Shown: positions 9,801-19,139, counted from the stretch's first letter. The stretch is DNA of 64,000 nt from Bacteroidia bacterium (GCA_965216465.1 CBDCFW010000006.1:1-64000), one strand, 5' to 3'. The notes: generated by a model not told the origin, from the letters alone. Numbers and translations: made by a program.

Positions 9801-10345
9801 CACTATTTGAAAAAACAAGCAAGCTTTTAATAGACCAAATTAACAGTCTAAGTACAATGGCAAGTGAATTTAGCAACTTTGCTAAAATGCCAGAGTACCA
9901 ATACGAAGAATTTAATTTATCCGAATCTCTGAAGAGTACTATTGACTTATTCATCAGGTCGGAGAATGCCAAAATCGTAAGCAACATAGCTGAGAATATT
10001 TGGATTAACGCAGATAAAGATCAGCTTAAAAGAGTATTCAACAACTTGATTAAAAATGCCATTCAGGCTATCCCAGAATCTAAAGAAGGCAGGATCGAAA
10101 TTACACTAACTGAAGAGAACAAATTTGCCTTAATTGGTGTTTCTGATAATGGCACGGGCATTCCAGAAGAGAATTACAAAAAGGTTTTTGTACCTAATTT
10201 CAGCACTAAAAATTCAGGCATGGGATTAGGACTGGCCATTAGCCGTAAAATAATTGAAACAGCGGGTGGAAGCATCCATTTTGAGAGTGAAGTGAATAAG
10301 GGGACCACATTTGAAGTGAAATTACCGATCATTGAAAAAGCTTAG
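6815..10345 (+). CDS. Large multi-TM sensor histidine kinase (HAMP-HisKA-HATPase, NtrY-like C-terminus)
   Basis: AWREMAKQVAHEIKNPLTP H-box, NLIKNAIQA N-box, DNGTGI, FSTKNSGMGLGL; many N-terminal TM segments. Confidence 0.92.
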   Translation: MKKIFKITWILAGLVFLGLVISYFTGVSSQNELEIEHDLNQFIERLQEESEQIFDEVLPVSFDSEKHETAKQLKKQKWYLIVGNQNQKTYWNSNKIDLDSSVFNRQSFPCYYQFGDDIYCLFNRNKAYLAFRVANDGKLHDRISDKYHNLKNYQLIHRSDEHVWDIGPAQFEYQGSNNNLNMWLTFELTFLLFFLLLLYIRERNRKGVLAALLVLLVNVGLSLFSGLSLKEYYLIDAPSFVNHSETQVLLLLFIHLITGLAIILSLISAVREKQNKLYFIAISTILFFAADLLLDLGRLLCERSTISFDFEKLFGLTIHSFAALSFICLSLISIWLITYVSRLSSRQNLKNTWWQVALGAVLFVSFQFLDTSRPLNSLMNPMLVVLISVLIFQFIESAKYRIYLHFIYTSILASILVYSGQENRELYYSQAFAAQLIENKDQQAEDILTSIENPLAQEFLVPEDYQNFVLRKDRIENRIKQLYFSHYLEKYELKLLSFDSIGTNINENILYSFEYLDDQYNNNTKRTSSDYFYQIEEPEHFNGYIAKYENCDIDGHNGTTFILLQPRVVESEFLYPEVFANQQSKEVVNLSDYSYGVYFNNRLINQKGSYSYLLNEAPKPTDFKLFSFNSTAQRVYDNGKFQVVLTKKENWLISWLSAFTFCLTILLPVCFFISLCARYTIDKDHALAVAFLPGTSKYLSSRIQTSLTIILLAGLLLSVYIIIGFIRANYNQNLENQLLTRVKNIGSQFQNKIDLQKRLKNAEEVQVMLNEESSTYKVDINLFHSNGTLLGTTKRYLLDDEVLGAQMNPKAFADLTMKQNSILLIQEELEGSDYLSAYVPLFDGKNHVIGYLNTPFFAKNEELNKQISSLVVNVLNIYFLLLLAGVIIAYFISKQISKPLLLIREKIAKTELLGHNELIIYERDDEIGQLVKQYNKMVLELEESVSSLAESEREGAWREMAKQVAHEIKNPLTPMQLSIQHLQRAYANGPSEKLDSLFEKTSKLLIDQINSLSTMASEFSNFAKMPEYQYEEFNLSESLKSTIDLFIRSENAKIVSNIAENIWINADKDQLKRVFNNLIKNAIQAIPESKEGRIEITLTEENKFALIGVSDNGTGIPEENYKKVFVPNFSTKNSGMGLGLAISRKIIETAGGSIHFESEVNKGTTFEVKLPIIEKA

Positions 10346-10859
10346 CATTTATATCGTCTTATTGCTCTTATTAGCTGGATGCAGCGAGCCAGAAAAGAAT
10401 CAGAGCTTTGAAAAATTAATAAAATCAAAGCCGCACAGTGTTTTAATGTTTATGGCACCAGATTGCCCGCTTTGCATCACCTTATCAAAGTCATATAACG
10501 ACCTAGCTTCTAAGTATCCGAACTTTCAATTTCTTGCAATTCACAGCGGTAAAAATTACGAAGCAATGGAGATCAACATGTTCGCCACTGAAACCAAGTT
10601 CAAATCACCTATTTTTAGAGATTATGATTATACCGTAGCTCATCAGTTTAACGCTACAATTACCCCAGAATTTGTGGTAATTGACAGTTCTGGAAACACA
10701 CTGTATCAAGGACTGCTTGATGATAGAATCTTACAACTTGGGAGCTACAAGCAGCAATGGAGTGAAATGTATTTAGAAGATGCGTTAGAGGCCATCTCGA
10801 ATGGTAAAACTCCAAAGATTACAAAGACAAATCCTGTTGGATGCGTGTTGGAATATTAG
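10332..10859 (+). CDS. Redoxin (AhpC/TSA, thioredoxin-fold) lipoprotein
   Basis: Lipobox LAGC; CPLC motif; ATITPEFVVID, YQGLLDD, C-terminal VGC. Confidence 0.85.
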   Translation: MKKLSIYIVLLLLLAGCSEPEKNQSFEKLIKSKPHSVLMFMAPDCPLCITLSKSYNDLASKYPNFQFLAIHSGKNYEAMEINMFATETKFKSPIFRDYDYTVAHQFNATITPEFVVIDSSGNTLYQGLLDDRILQLGSYKQQWSEMYLEDALEAISNGKTPKITKTNPVGCVLEY

Positions 10860-10861
10860 AA

Positions 10862-11428
10862 TTACTCTTTCAAATATTCATCCGTAAAGTGCTCATTTCT
10901 TTTTGGCTTTGAAAATTTATCTGCATTGTATGCTTTAGACGCATTTTTAGGGATGGATAAGCTTTCCCACTTCTCTCCTTTCAGCATTTTTCCTAAAAAT
11001 ACAATTTGCCCGACGTGGTATGCATAGTGAGCCAATTGCCTATTTATCGCTTCTACCACAGTATGCCCCTGGTTTCTTATATAGATAGTTGAACTGATGT
11101 TGTCTTTATTCAACGTCTCCAATGCATCAAATAAACACTTCCATCCTTCCTCCCAACGGCTATTAACCGACTCTCTGGACCTCAAATCTGCCTCAAACTC
11201 CTTGTCGCGTTCACGCCACTCTTTCTCTCCATCAGAGGTTAAGAAGTTTGTCCATCTACTCATCATGTTTCCGTGCATATGTTTCACGATAACAGCAATA
11301 GAATTGCTATCATTATACTGCCAAAGCAGCTCATCATCAGAGATTTGCTTCATGGTTTTATCACCAAGTGACTTGTAATACATGAATTGCTTCTTAACGC
11401 TAGAGAGATAGTTTTCTTCCATATACAT
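10862..11428 (-). CDS. DUF1572 (DinB-like) family protein
   Basis: SNSIAVIVKHMHGNMMSRWTNFLTSDGEKEWRERDKEF, HYAYHVGQIV. Confidence 0.88.
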   Translation of the reverse strand: MYMEENYLSSVKKQFMYYKSLGDKTMKQISDDELLWQYNDSNSIAVIVKHMHGNMMSRWTNFLTSDGEKEWRERDKEFEADLRSRESVNSRWEEGWKCLFDALETLNKDNISSTIYIRNQGHTVVEAINRQLAHYAYHVGQIVFLGKMLKGEKWESLSIPKNASKAYNADKFSKPKRNEHFTDEYLKE

Positions 11429-11438
11429 TAAACGCTTT

Positions 11439-12104
11439 TTACATCTTTCTTGTTCTTATCAATTTGAAAGACCAATAGACCAAACTCAAGAACAACCACA
11501 TTAACAAGGTCACTCCCCAAGTTTTTGGATGCTGAAATGGATTCACAAATCGATCACCAACGTCATACAGAATTGCCATGGGTTGCTGAATAATGTCCCA
11601 ACTATTCCAACGCAAAAACCTTCCCATATAAATTCCAAAACTGCCTAAAAATAGTAAGACTGATGTTACAATAGGGACCCACTTTTTATTGATAAAATTA
11701 GGTAAGATTCCTTCAATATCCCACAAGCTCATAAAACCAAACATCAATCCAGCCCAAGCAAAGCACAGAATAAGGATTAAATCGAACCATACAGGCATCG
11801 AGGTTGTAATCCTGAGGTGATACAAATCGGTCAGGATGTAAGGAGCGTTCGGAAAAAACAACAACCATGCTCCAAGCAGAGCTAAAATTGAACGCTTCTT
11901 TGTCTGAATTTTTGGATAGAGAATTACGATGCTTGACAAGGCCCAGGGGATAAAAGCCAGAAATAAATTCCAATTTAAAAATAAGAACATCCTACTATGA
12001 GATACAGAAAGTCGAAAGATTGAAAGTCCCAGGCATATAGCACTAAAAACGGCTAAAAACACCGTTTCGTTAAGGCGGTGGTATGATCGTAAACGAGCGA
12101 GCAT
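11439..12104 (-). CDS. DUF1361 family membrane protein
   Basis: WNLFLAFIP, WLLFFPNAPYILTDLYHL, GIYMGRFLRWNSWD motifs. Confidence 0.88.
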   Translation of the reverse strand: MLARLRSYHRLNETVFLAVFSAICLGLSIFRLSVSHSRMFLFLNWNLFLAFIPWALSSIVILYPKIQTKKRSILALLGAWLLFFPNAPYILTDLYHLRITTSMPVWFDLILILCFAWAGLMFGFMSLWDIEGILPNFINKKWVPIVTSVLLFLGSFGIYMGRFLRWNSWDIIQQPMAILYDVGDRFVNPFQHPKTWGVTLLMWLFLSLVYWSFKLIRTRKM

Positions 12105-12199
12105 AAGTCTAATTTAAGTTCTGAACTATAAAGTTAGACTCCCTCGTATTTCAGGTCTTGTAGTTTCCTACGAGATTAAACCTTTTTTAGATTAAGTAG

Positions 12200-13132
12200 T
12201 TATTTGCGATAGGTTTCTACGTGCCTAGCCTTCTTTTCATCATAGATATCAGCTATGGTTACAAGAATTCCGGTTTCTTCAACTCCACCAAAGTCTTTAT
12301 TCATAGCTGTTCCGAAAGATTTCATCGTAGGTGACAAGCTCATGTAGCTATTAATTAATGGAGGAATATTTTCACCACGCTCACGCACAAAACCATTTAA
12401 AACTTTGTGAGCATCCTTGTACGAAAGTCCCTGAATGTCTGACTTAAACTGATCAATATTAGTCGTAGCCGGCACTGAATTGATAGGCATTACCAAGCTT
12501 TCTTTATCCTCAAAGAAATATTCCATAAAGTACATTAATGCATCTCGTGCTTCGCTATTGTAAGTGGAATACATGGTAACTTTACCGTAGTAATATTTAA
12601 TGTGAGGATTGTCAACAACAATTGCTCCTAATCCATCCCACAAATTATCGAGTGCAAAAATCCCCTTTCTCGATCCTGCACGGGGTTGAAAATTGGGTTG
12701 AACCCACGAACGCCCTAGTTCAACTGTATAAGGCAAATATTCTTGTTTAAACTGGTCTGAAAACGTAAAATAATGCCGAGTTGATAATTCAACTGGGACG
12801 GTATGTGCAATCTTCGCACAGTCAATAAATCGATAGCCTCCAATAATTTCTTGAGCTTCAGGAGCCCAAACAATTAACTGTTCATAGCAATTTTCTGAAG
12901 TATCGAAATCATCTATATCTAAAGCTTTGCCAGTACCTCCTCCTGCGCTTCCAAAAGTAACTTCACGAAGTCGCCCAATCTCCTTCATGATATTTGGACT
13001 GTTGTGGTGGTTAACAATGTAAATCTCGTTATCTCCCTTATTTGTTACCCGAACAAATCGTTCAGAAGTGAGCTCACTCTTAATAACCTCCAATGGTATA
13101 GGTTCTGCTATGTAGCTTAAATCGATACTCAT
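12200..13132 (-). CDS. GNAT-fold N-acyltransferase (OlsB/GlsB-like amino-lipid N-acyltransferase)
   Basis: EIGRLREVTF, IIGGYR, ELGRSWV, IPPLINSY motifs; paired with the upstream acyltransferase. Confidence 0.85.
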   Translation of the reverse strand: MSIDLSYIAEPIPLEVIKSELTSERFVRVTNKGDNEIYIVNHHNSPNIMKEIGRLREVTFGSAGGGTGKALDIDDFDTSENCYEQLIVWAPEAQEIIGGYRFIDCAKIAHTVPVELSTRHYFTFSDQFKQEYLPYTVELGRSWVQPNFQPRAGSRKGIFALDNLWDGLGAIVVDNPHIKYYYGKVTMYSTYNSEARDALMYFMEYFFEDKESLVMPINSVPATTNIDQFKSDIQGLSYKDAHKVLNGFVRERGENIPPLINSYMSLSPTMKSFGTAMNKDFGGVEETGILVTIADIYDEKKARHVETYRK

Positions 13133-13137
13133 AAATT

Positions 13138-13950
13138 TTACTCTGCTAAATCGTAAACCTTCTTTTTAATGATTTGGGCCCATTCAATATCTTTCTTTGA
13201 TTTGTCCAATTCGCTTGCTAAGATAGGCTTTCCGAACTTAATCTCTATTCTTTTATTTTTCTGCTTAAAGAGCTCATGAACAAGGTATAACATTTCAATG
13301 TTCGCTTTTAAGCCTAACCATTCACGTAAGTTGCTTAGTCTATAGAAAAAATTGCTCAGGCCACCATTGATATAAACAGGAACAATAGGCACATCGTGTT
13401 TCCGAGCTCTCGTTACAAAGGTCTTTTTCCATTCCAAATCCCGGATCAGACCATTTTTTCTTCTGCTTACTAATCCCGCAGGAAAAATCACAACAGACTC
13501 ATCCGATGCCAAAGTAGCGTCAATATTTTTTAAAGACGGAACCGCCGTACTGCCATGCTTATTAACCCCTACAAAGATATCTTGCATCGGTTTTAAGTTC
13601 AGTAAAATATCATTCGCAATAAATTTAATATCGCTTCGATAATGGGCAAATTGGTCAATAAATGCTAAGGCATCCATTCCTCCTAAAGGATGATTTGAAG
13701 CAAAAGTCACTCCACCAGTTTTTGGTGCATTTTCAATTCCTTCTATGGTTGCAGTGATGTTGAATCTTTTGATAACATTATGGCAAAACTGAACACCGTT
13801 CACCTCATTGTTCTCTGCAATAATTTCATTTACTTCATCTTGATGCAGGATTCTTTTTAAATAATTCAGCAAAAAGCGAGGCAATCGTTTCAGCAACTTC
13901 GGATTCTTGTCGCCTATAACTTTCTCGATGTCAATGAATTTATCTTGCAT
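13138..13950 (-). CDS. PlsC-type acyltransferase (GlsA/OlsA-like)
   Basis: ASNHPLGGMD (NHxxxxD), IFPAGLVSR, PIVPVYI. Confidence 0.88.
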   Translation of the reverse strand: MQDKFIDIEKVIGDKNPKLLKRLPRFLLNYLKRILHQDEVNEIIAENNEVNGVQFCHNVIKRFNITATIEGIENAPKTGGVTFASNHPLGGMDALAFIDQFAHYRSDIKFIANDILLNLKPMQDIFVGVNKHGSTAVPSLKNIDATLASDESVVIFPAGLVSRRKNGLIRDLEWKKTFVTRARKHDVPIVPVYINGGLSNFFYRLSNLREWLGLKANIEMLYLVHELFKQKNKRIEIKFGKPILASELDKSKKDIEWAQIIKKKVYDLAE

Positions 13951-13983
13951 GAATTGCTTGCGAAAATAAGTAAGCTTTTGATT

Positions 13984-14349
13984 CTACAACCAATCGATGT
14001 TGGCTTTCGTATGTTCATTCGTCACATCACCAGTATTTAACGTTGAAGCCGGCTCAAAAAGCAATACTTCAACTTCTTCAGGTGCTACTGGTTTATGTTC
14101 AACTCCTCGAGGTACAATTAAAAATTCACTGGGCTCGAGTTCAACTTCGTGATCTCTAAACTCAATTCTAAGCTTGCCCTTAACCACCCAAAACAGCTCG
14201 TCTTCATTGTCATGTTTATGCCAAACAAACTCGCCTTTTAATTTAGCAAGCTTAACCTGTTGCCCATTAAGCTCACCAACTATTTTGGGAGTCCAGTGTT
14301 CTTTGAACATTTCAAACTTCTGAGCAATATTTACCTTGTTAGTCTGCAT
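13984..14349 (-). CDS. Cupin domain protein
   Basis: GEFVWHKHDNEDELF...VPRGVEHKP cupin motifs. Confidence 0.92.
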   Translation of the reverse strand: MQTNKVNIAQKFEMFKEHWTPKIVGELNGQQVKLAKLKGEFVWHKHDNEDELFWVVKGKLRIEFRDHEVELEPSEFLIVPRGVEHKPVAPEEVEVLLFEPASTLNTGDVTNEHTKANIDWL

Positions 14350-14396
14350 AAATTTCAGTTTTAATTTTCAGTTTCCACGAATATAAGTTCTACGCT

Positions 14397-14404
14397 TAAC
14401 TTTG
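14397..14404 (+). promoter_or_regulatory. Bacteroidota -7 promoter box (TAACTTTG)
   Basis: Consensus box 4 nt upstream of the GTG start at 14409. Confidence 0.5.
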
Positions 14405-14408
14405 TCTC

Positions 14409-15767
14409 GTGAAGAAGCTAACATTTGTTTTCATCATAGCAGCCTTCATTTTTGGATGCTCGAAATCGACAGATTACACATTTACCAAAGATATCGCCCC
14501 GGTTATCTATGAAAACTGTGTTCCCTGTCATCGCGATGGTGGTGCAGCGCCTTTCTCTCTTACCGAATACAAGCGTGTTTACCGTAAGCGTAACACGATT
14601 TTAGATGTTACACAAAGAGGGTACATGCCACCGTGGCCTGCTGATCGAAACTACACCCATTTTATTGGAGAGAAATACCTTACAGAAGAAGAAAAAGAGC
14701 TCTTAAAAGATTGGATACAGGGCGGTGCACCGGAAGGAGACTTAAGTCATTTGCCACTACTACCAGAATTTCCAGAATACAGTAGCATTGGAGTTCCTGA
14801 CACCACCGTATGGTTTGATAGCATGTTTATCGAAGGAAATAATCGCGATCGATTTTACCTGGCCACCCTGCCCATAGAACTCCCTGACTCAAAATATGTG
14901 CGCGTAATGGAATTTCTTCCCAATGAAAATAATCTCGTTCACCATATGAATGGCCGACTTTTGAACTATCAAGACGATCAAAAGACATCAGTATTTGGAG
15001 GTGAACGCTGGTTAAACTTAGAAATAGACACTCAAACTTATACCCGTGAGTTCCCTAAACTTAATTTAGCAAATGATGACGGCTCTCAGCCCGACCGCGT
15101 TAACTCGGCAGTAAACTATTTGCCTGGTGTTGAAGCCATATTGTATCCAGAAGGAATTGGCGGATTTAAAATGAACAAGAAATCAATTCTCATTGCAGAC
15201 GATATTCATTACGGACCCATACCTCAAGGCAAATGGGATTATAGTCGGGTAAATATCTTTTTTACTGACTCGGCACCTAAACGACCCATAAATGAGGTTA
15301 TGATCGGAACGAATGGAAACACTAAAATCATTCCTCCTTTGGTTATTCCACCAGGAGAAAAAACATCGCATGTTAGTTTCTTAGAAATTCCACAAGACAT
15401 TTCTGTTTTGACGATTAATCCTCACATGCACTTGCTAGGCACCAGCTTTAAAGCGTATGCTTTAACTAAAGAACAAGACACCGTTCGCTTGATTAATATT
15501 CCAAAGTGGGATTTTAGATGGCAATATTTCTATACGTTTCCTAAAATGGTCAAAATCCCTGCTGGATCGGTGATATATATCGAGGCAACATTTGATAACA
15601 CGCCAGATAATCCAAATAACCCTTACGATCCTCCGCAACAAATCAGTGAGCGTTATGAGTTTGGTGGAGCCGGAATGCGCACGACCGATGAAATGCTTCA
15701 GTTTATTATTACGTGGTTACCGTATGAAGAGGGTGATGAGAATATTAGTTTGGGAGGTGATAGTTAA
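14409..15767 (+). CDS. Lipoprotein with a c-type heme motif and a copper type II (PHM/DBH-like) monooxygenase domain
   Basis: Lipobox IFGC; CVPCH; VHHM, IHY, PHMHLLG, DEM copper-ligand-like motifs; WDFRWQ. Confidence 0.8.
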   Translation: MKKLTFVFIIAAFIFGCSKSTDYTFTKDIAPVIYENCVPCHRDGGAAPFSLTEYKRVYRKRNTILDVTQRGYMPPWPADRNYTHFIGEKYLTEEEKELLKDWIQGGAPEGDLSHLPLLPEFPEYSSIGVPDTTVWFDSMFIEGNNRDRFYLATLPIELPDSKYVRVMEFLPNENNLVHHMNGRLLNYQDDQKTSVFGGERWLNLEIDTQTYTREFPKLNLANDDGSQPDRVNSAVNYLPGVEAILYPEGIGGFKMNKKSILIADDIHYGPIPQGKWDYSRVNIFFTDSAPKRPINEVMIGTNGNTKIIPPLVIPPGEKTSHVSFLEIPQDISVLTINPHMHLLGTSFKAYALTKEQDTVRLINIPKWDFRWQYFYTFPKMVKIPAGSVIYIEATFDNTPDNPNNPYDPPQQISERYEFGGAGMRTTDEMLQFIITWLPYEEGDENISLGGDS

Positions 15768-16408
15768 TCGAATAGATAGGCTATACCTAATCCCAAATTG
15801 TAATTTATGCCGAAGTCATTTAATTCAAGCATATTAATGTATCCTCCTACTGGGGTTAAATTGGGATCGACATTGGGAAGAGGATAATGATCATTATAGC
15901 TAATGATGACTGGATAGAATTCGAGCACCACCCTATCGAAGTAAATAGACTGAGTTCCAAGATATACTTCGGCAAAGGCGAAAGGAACACCTTCATACTG
16001 CACAAAATCTTGAAGTCCATTTACTAAAAAACTATTTCGTGCTCCTTTTGCAGAGACCGTCATAACTCCTCCGCCTCCTCTAACACCAATTCTCCAACGC
16101 GATTCAATATTTGGAAAAAGAATAAAACGATAAGACTGAAATATTTGAGGGAAACTATACGAAACTCCACCACCAAAGAACGGGCCATGAATGCGCGATC
16201 GATCATACCCGCTTATTACGCCATTGTAATACGAATAGCCGCCTATCACTTGAAACTCTAATGATTCATCTGGACGAATTAAAAACTCAGAGAAATAGCC
16301 TAAATCTGTTCTTCCTTGGAGGGAAATTCCTTTTTCTACAGAGGCTAACTGACCGTAAGATGGAAAGTTGAACGCCAGAAAGATGCCAATCAATTTAAAG
16401 TACTTCAA
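15764..16408 (-). CDS. Hypothetical secreted protein, probable outer-membrane beta-barrel
   Basis: Signal peptide, alternating amphipathic strands, C-terminal LGLGIAYLF; TAACTTTG box 7 nt upstream. Confidence 0.65.
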   Translation of the reverse strand: MKYFKLIGIFLAFNFPSYGQLASVEKGISLQGRTDLGYFSEFLIRPDESLEFQVIGGYSYYNGVISGYDRSRIHGPFFGGGVSYSFPQIFQSYRFILFPNIESRWRIGVRGGGGVMTVSAKGARNSFLVNGLQDFVQYEGVPFAFAEVYLGTQSIYFDRVVLEFYPVIISYNDHYPLPNVDPNLTPVGGYINMLELNDFGINYNLGLGIAYLFD

Positions 16409-16515
16409 CGCAAGACAAAGTTAGATTTTAGCCCGTCGAACAAAAGGATTCGATTTTGATTTGACAATGGTGTTACAATTTGCAATTGAACTGACAAACA
16501 AATCACACAAACCAC

Positions 16516-16523
16516 TACTTTTG
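16516..16523 (+). promoter_or_regulatory. Bacteroidota -7 promoter box (TACTTTTG) for aspS
   Basis: Consensus box 5 nt upstream of the ATG. Confidence 0.55.
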
Positions 16524-16528
16524 CGCCG

Positions 16529-18265
16529 ATGCACAGAACACACACTTGCGGCGAATTACGCATTGAAGATCAAGGCAAAAATGTAACACTTAGTGGATGG
16601 GTACAACGAAGAAGAGATTTTGGAGCCCTCACTTTTGTAGACCTGCGTGACCGATACGGAATTACTCAGCTCTCTTTCAATGAAGAAATCAATAAAGAAC
16701 TGAACGATCAAGCTCGATCGTTGGGGCGTGAGTTTGTGATTAAAGTGAATGGAATTGTTATTGAAAGAAGCAATAAAAATCCAAACCTAAATACCGGTGA
16801 TATTGAAATTAATGTTTCATCGATCGAAGTATTGAATAGTGCTCAAAACCCACCCTTCACCATTGAAGATGAAACAGATGGTGGAGAAGAAATTCGACTG
16901 AAATACCGTTACTTGGATTTACGCCGTAACCCTATCCAGGAAAAACTAATTCTTCGAAGCAAGTTAAACAAAGCAGTTCGTGATTACTTAAACGATGGTG
17001 GATTTATAGATGTAGAAACGCCATACTTAATCAAATCTACTCCAGAGGGAGCCCGAGATTTTGTTGTTCCAAGTCGTCTGAATGAAGGACAGTATTATGC
17101 TCTACCTCAAAGTCCACAGACCTTTAAGCAACTGCTTATGGTTAGTGGACTTGATAAATATTATCAAATCGTGAAATGCTTCCGTGATGAAGACTTTAGA
17201 GCTGACCGTCAACCTGAGTTTACACAAATCGACTGTGAAATGAGCTTTGTAGAACGAGACGATGTGCTTCAAACTTTTGAAGGAATGATTCGATCTGTGT
17301 TTAAAGATGTAAAGGGCATAGATTTAGGAGACATACCCGTTATGTCGTACGACGAGGCTATGCGACGCTTTGGTAGCGATAAACCTGATATGCGTTTTGG
17401 CATGGAGTTGGTCGATATGGACCCCGTTACCAAAGGAAATGGTTTTGGAGTATTTGATAACGCTGAAAGTGTAGTTGCAATCAATGTAAAAGGAGGAAAC
17501 TCATTTACACGTAAACAACTTGATGCCTTCACCAATTGGGTTAAACGTCCTCAAATTGGGGCTATGGGCTTAATCTATTGTCGTGTGAATGAAGATGGGA
17601 CATACAAGTCATCAGTCGATAAATTTTTCGACCAAGACAAACTTAGAGCTTGGGCAGAACAATGCGGTTGCGAAGCAAACGATTTGATCTTGGTATTGAG
17701 TGGAGGTGCTGAAAAAGTTAGAAAGCAAATGAATGAACTTCGATTACATATCGGCGACGAATTGGGCTTACGCAGCAAAGACGATTTCAAAGCTTGCTGG
17801 GTAGTTGATTTCCCACTTGTGGAGTACGACGAAGAGAGCGATAGATGGCATGCGATGCATCACCCATTCACGTCTCCGATTCCTGAAGATCTTGATAAAA
17901 TGGAATCTGATCCAGGTGCTGTAAAAGCGAATGCCTATGACATGGCTATCAACGGAATGGAAGTTGGCGGTGGAAGTATTCGTATCCACGATAAGGAGTT
18001 ACAAGCACGTATGTTTAAGCTACTTGGATTTTCTAAGGAAGAAGCTCAAGCACAATTTGGGTTCCTAATGAATGCCTTTGAATATGGTGCTCCTCCACAC
18101 GGGGGAATTGCGTTTGGTTTGGATCGATTGGCAGCAATTCTTGCAGGTACTGACTCAATTAGAGATGTAATAGCATTTCCTAAAAATAATATGGGACGAG
18201 ACATCATGATTGATGCTCCGGCAGAATTAAATTCTGACCAAAAGAAAGAATTGGGAATGAGCTAG
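16529..18265 (+). CDS. aspS: Aspartate--tRNA ligase
   Basis: [66 protein letters not shown]. Confidence 0.98.
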   Translation: MHRTHTCGELRIEDQGKNVTLSGWVQRRRDFGALTFVDLRDRYGITQLSFNEEINKELNDQARSLGREFVIKVNGIVIERSNKNPNLNTGDIEINVSSIEVLNSAQNPPFTIEDETDGGEEIRLKYRYLDLRRNPIQEKLILRSKLNKAVRDYLNDGGFIDVETPYLIKSTPEGARDFVVPSRLNEGQYYALPQSPQTFKQLLMVSGLDKYYQIVKCFRDEDFRADRQPEFTQIDCEMSFVERDDVLQTFEGMIRSVFKDVKGIDLGDIPVMSYDEAMRRFGSDKPDMRFGMELVDMDPVTKGNGFGVFDNAESVVAINVKGGNSFTRKQLDAFTNWVKRPQIGAMGLIYCRVNEDGTYKSSVDKFFDQDKLRAWAEQCGCEANDLILVLSGGAEKVRKQMNELRLHIGDELGLRSKDDFKACWVVDFPLVEYDEESDRWHAMHHPFTSPIPEDLDKMESDPGAVKANAYDMAINGMEVGGGSIRIHDKELQARMFKLLGFSKEEAQAQFGFLMNAFEYGAPPHGGIAFGLDRLAAILAGTDSIRDVIAFPKNNMGRDIMIDAPAELNSDQKKELGMS

Positions 18266-18627
18266 TCGGGCATTTCAGAATTGTCAAACATCCCAGCATT
18301 AAAATTATTAATGCAATCGAGGATGATTGGCGTCATTTCTTTGCTCTTCTCTTCAAATGGCTTAGCCTCTACCTCAAAATATTCGTATTTTGTATAGTGC
18401 TTCATGAAAGTATCGGTGGTACACTCGCAATATTCTTCCGCAATATTGGCATAAAGAACAGCTCTTCCACCTAAGTCATGCAAGCATTGATCAATGAGCA
18501 CTTGGCGATCTCCTTCTTCCCACTTGATTTTCTTTTTCATCTGATTAGCGAAGATTTTTACCACGATTAAAATGGCGACTAAGACCATTACTCCTATTGC
18601 GACATATCGTTGAAGCTTGTTTCCCAT
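18262..18627 (-). CDS. Hypothetical membrane-anchored Cys-containing protein
   Basis: N-terminal TM helix, then C...YCEC...C; start moved to the ATG at 18627. Confidence 0.65.
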   Translation of the reverse strand: MGNKLQRYVAIGVMVLVAILIVVKIFANQMKKKIKWEEGDRQVLIDQCLHDLGGRAVLYANIAEEYCECTTDTFMKHYTKYEYFEVEAKPFEEKSKEMTPIILDCINNFNAGMFDNSEMPD

Positions 18628-18683
18628 AACAACGTGGCAAATATTGTTTAAATTTGGCAACAGGAACAATAAAATAAATCAAC

Positions 18684-19139
18684 ATGCAAATAAAAGCCTC
18701 AAATCCAGAAGAATACATTAAGAAAATTCCAGAAGAAAGACAAGAAGCCTTTAAGAAGTTGAGGGCTGTAATTCAAGAAAATTTACCTGAAGGATTTGAA
18801 GAAGGCATGAATTATGGAATGATTGGTTACTATGTTCCAAAATCAATCTATCCAGCAGGCTATCATCCTACACCTGACTTACCTCTTCCTTTCGCCAATA
18901 TTGCTTCTCAAAAAAACTTTTTAGGTTTTTACCACATGGGGGTATATGCCTCTCCTGAATTGTATAAATGGTTCACAGAAGAATACGCCAAGCGTTGTAA
19001 GTACAAACTCGACATGGGAAAGAGCTGTGTTCGCCTTAAGCGAATGGACGATATTCCATTTGATCTAATTGGGGAACTGATGCAAAAAATTTCTGTACAA
19101 GATTGGATTGAAACATACGAGGCGAATTACAAAAAGTAA
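18684..19139 (+). CDS. DUF1801 domain protein
   Basis: YGMIGYYVP..YPAGYH, ASQKNF, LDMGKSCVR. Confidence 0.88.
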   Translation: MQIKASNPEEYIKKIPEERQEAFKKLRAVIQENLPEGFEEGMNYGMIGYYVPKSIYPAGYHPTPDLPLPFANIASQKNFLGFYHMGVYASPELYKWFTEEYAKRCKYKLDMGKSCVRLKRMDDIPFDLIGELMQKISVQDWIETYEANYKK

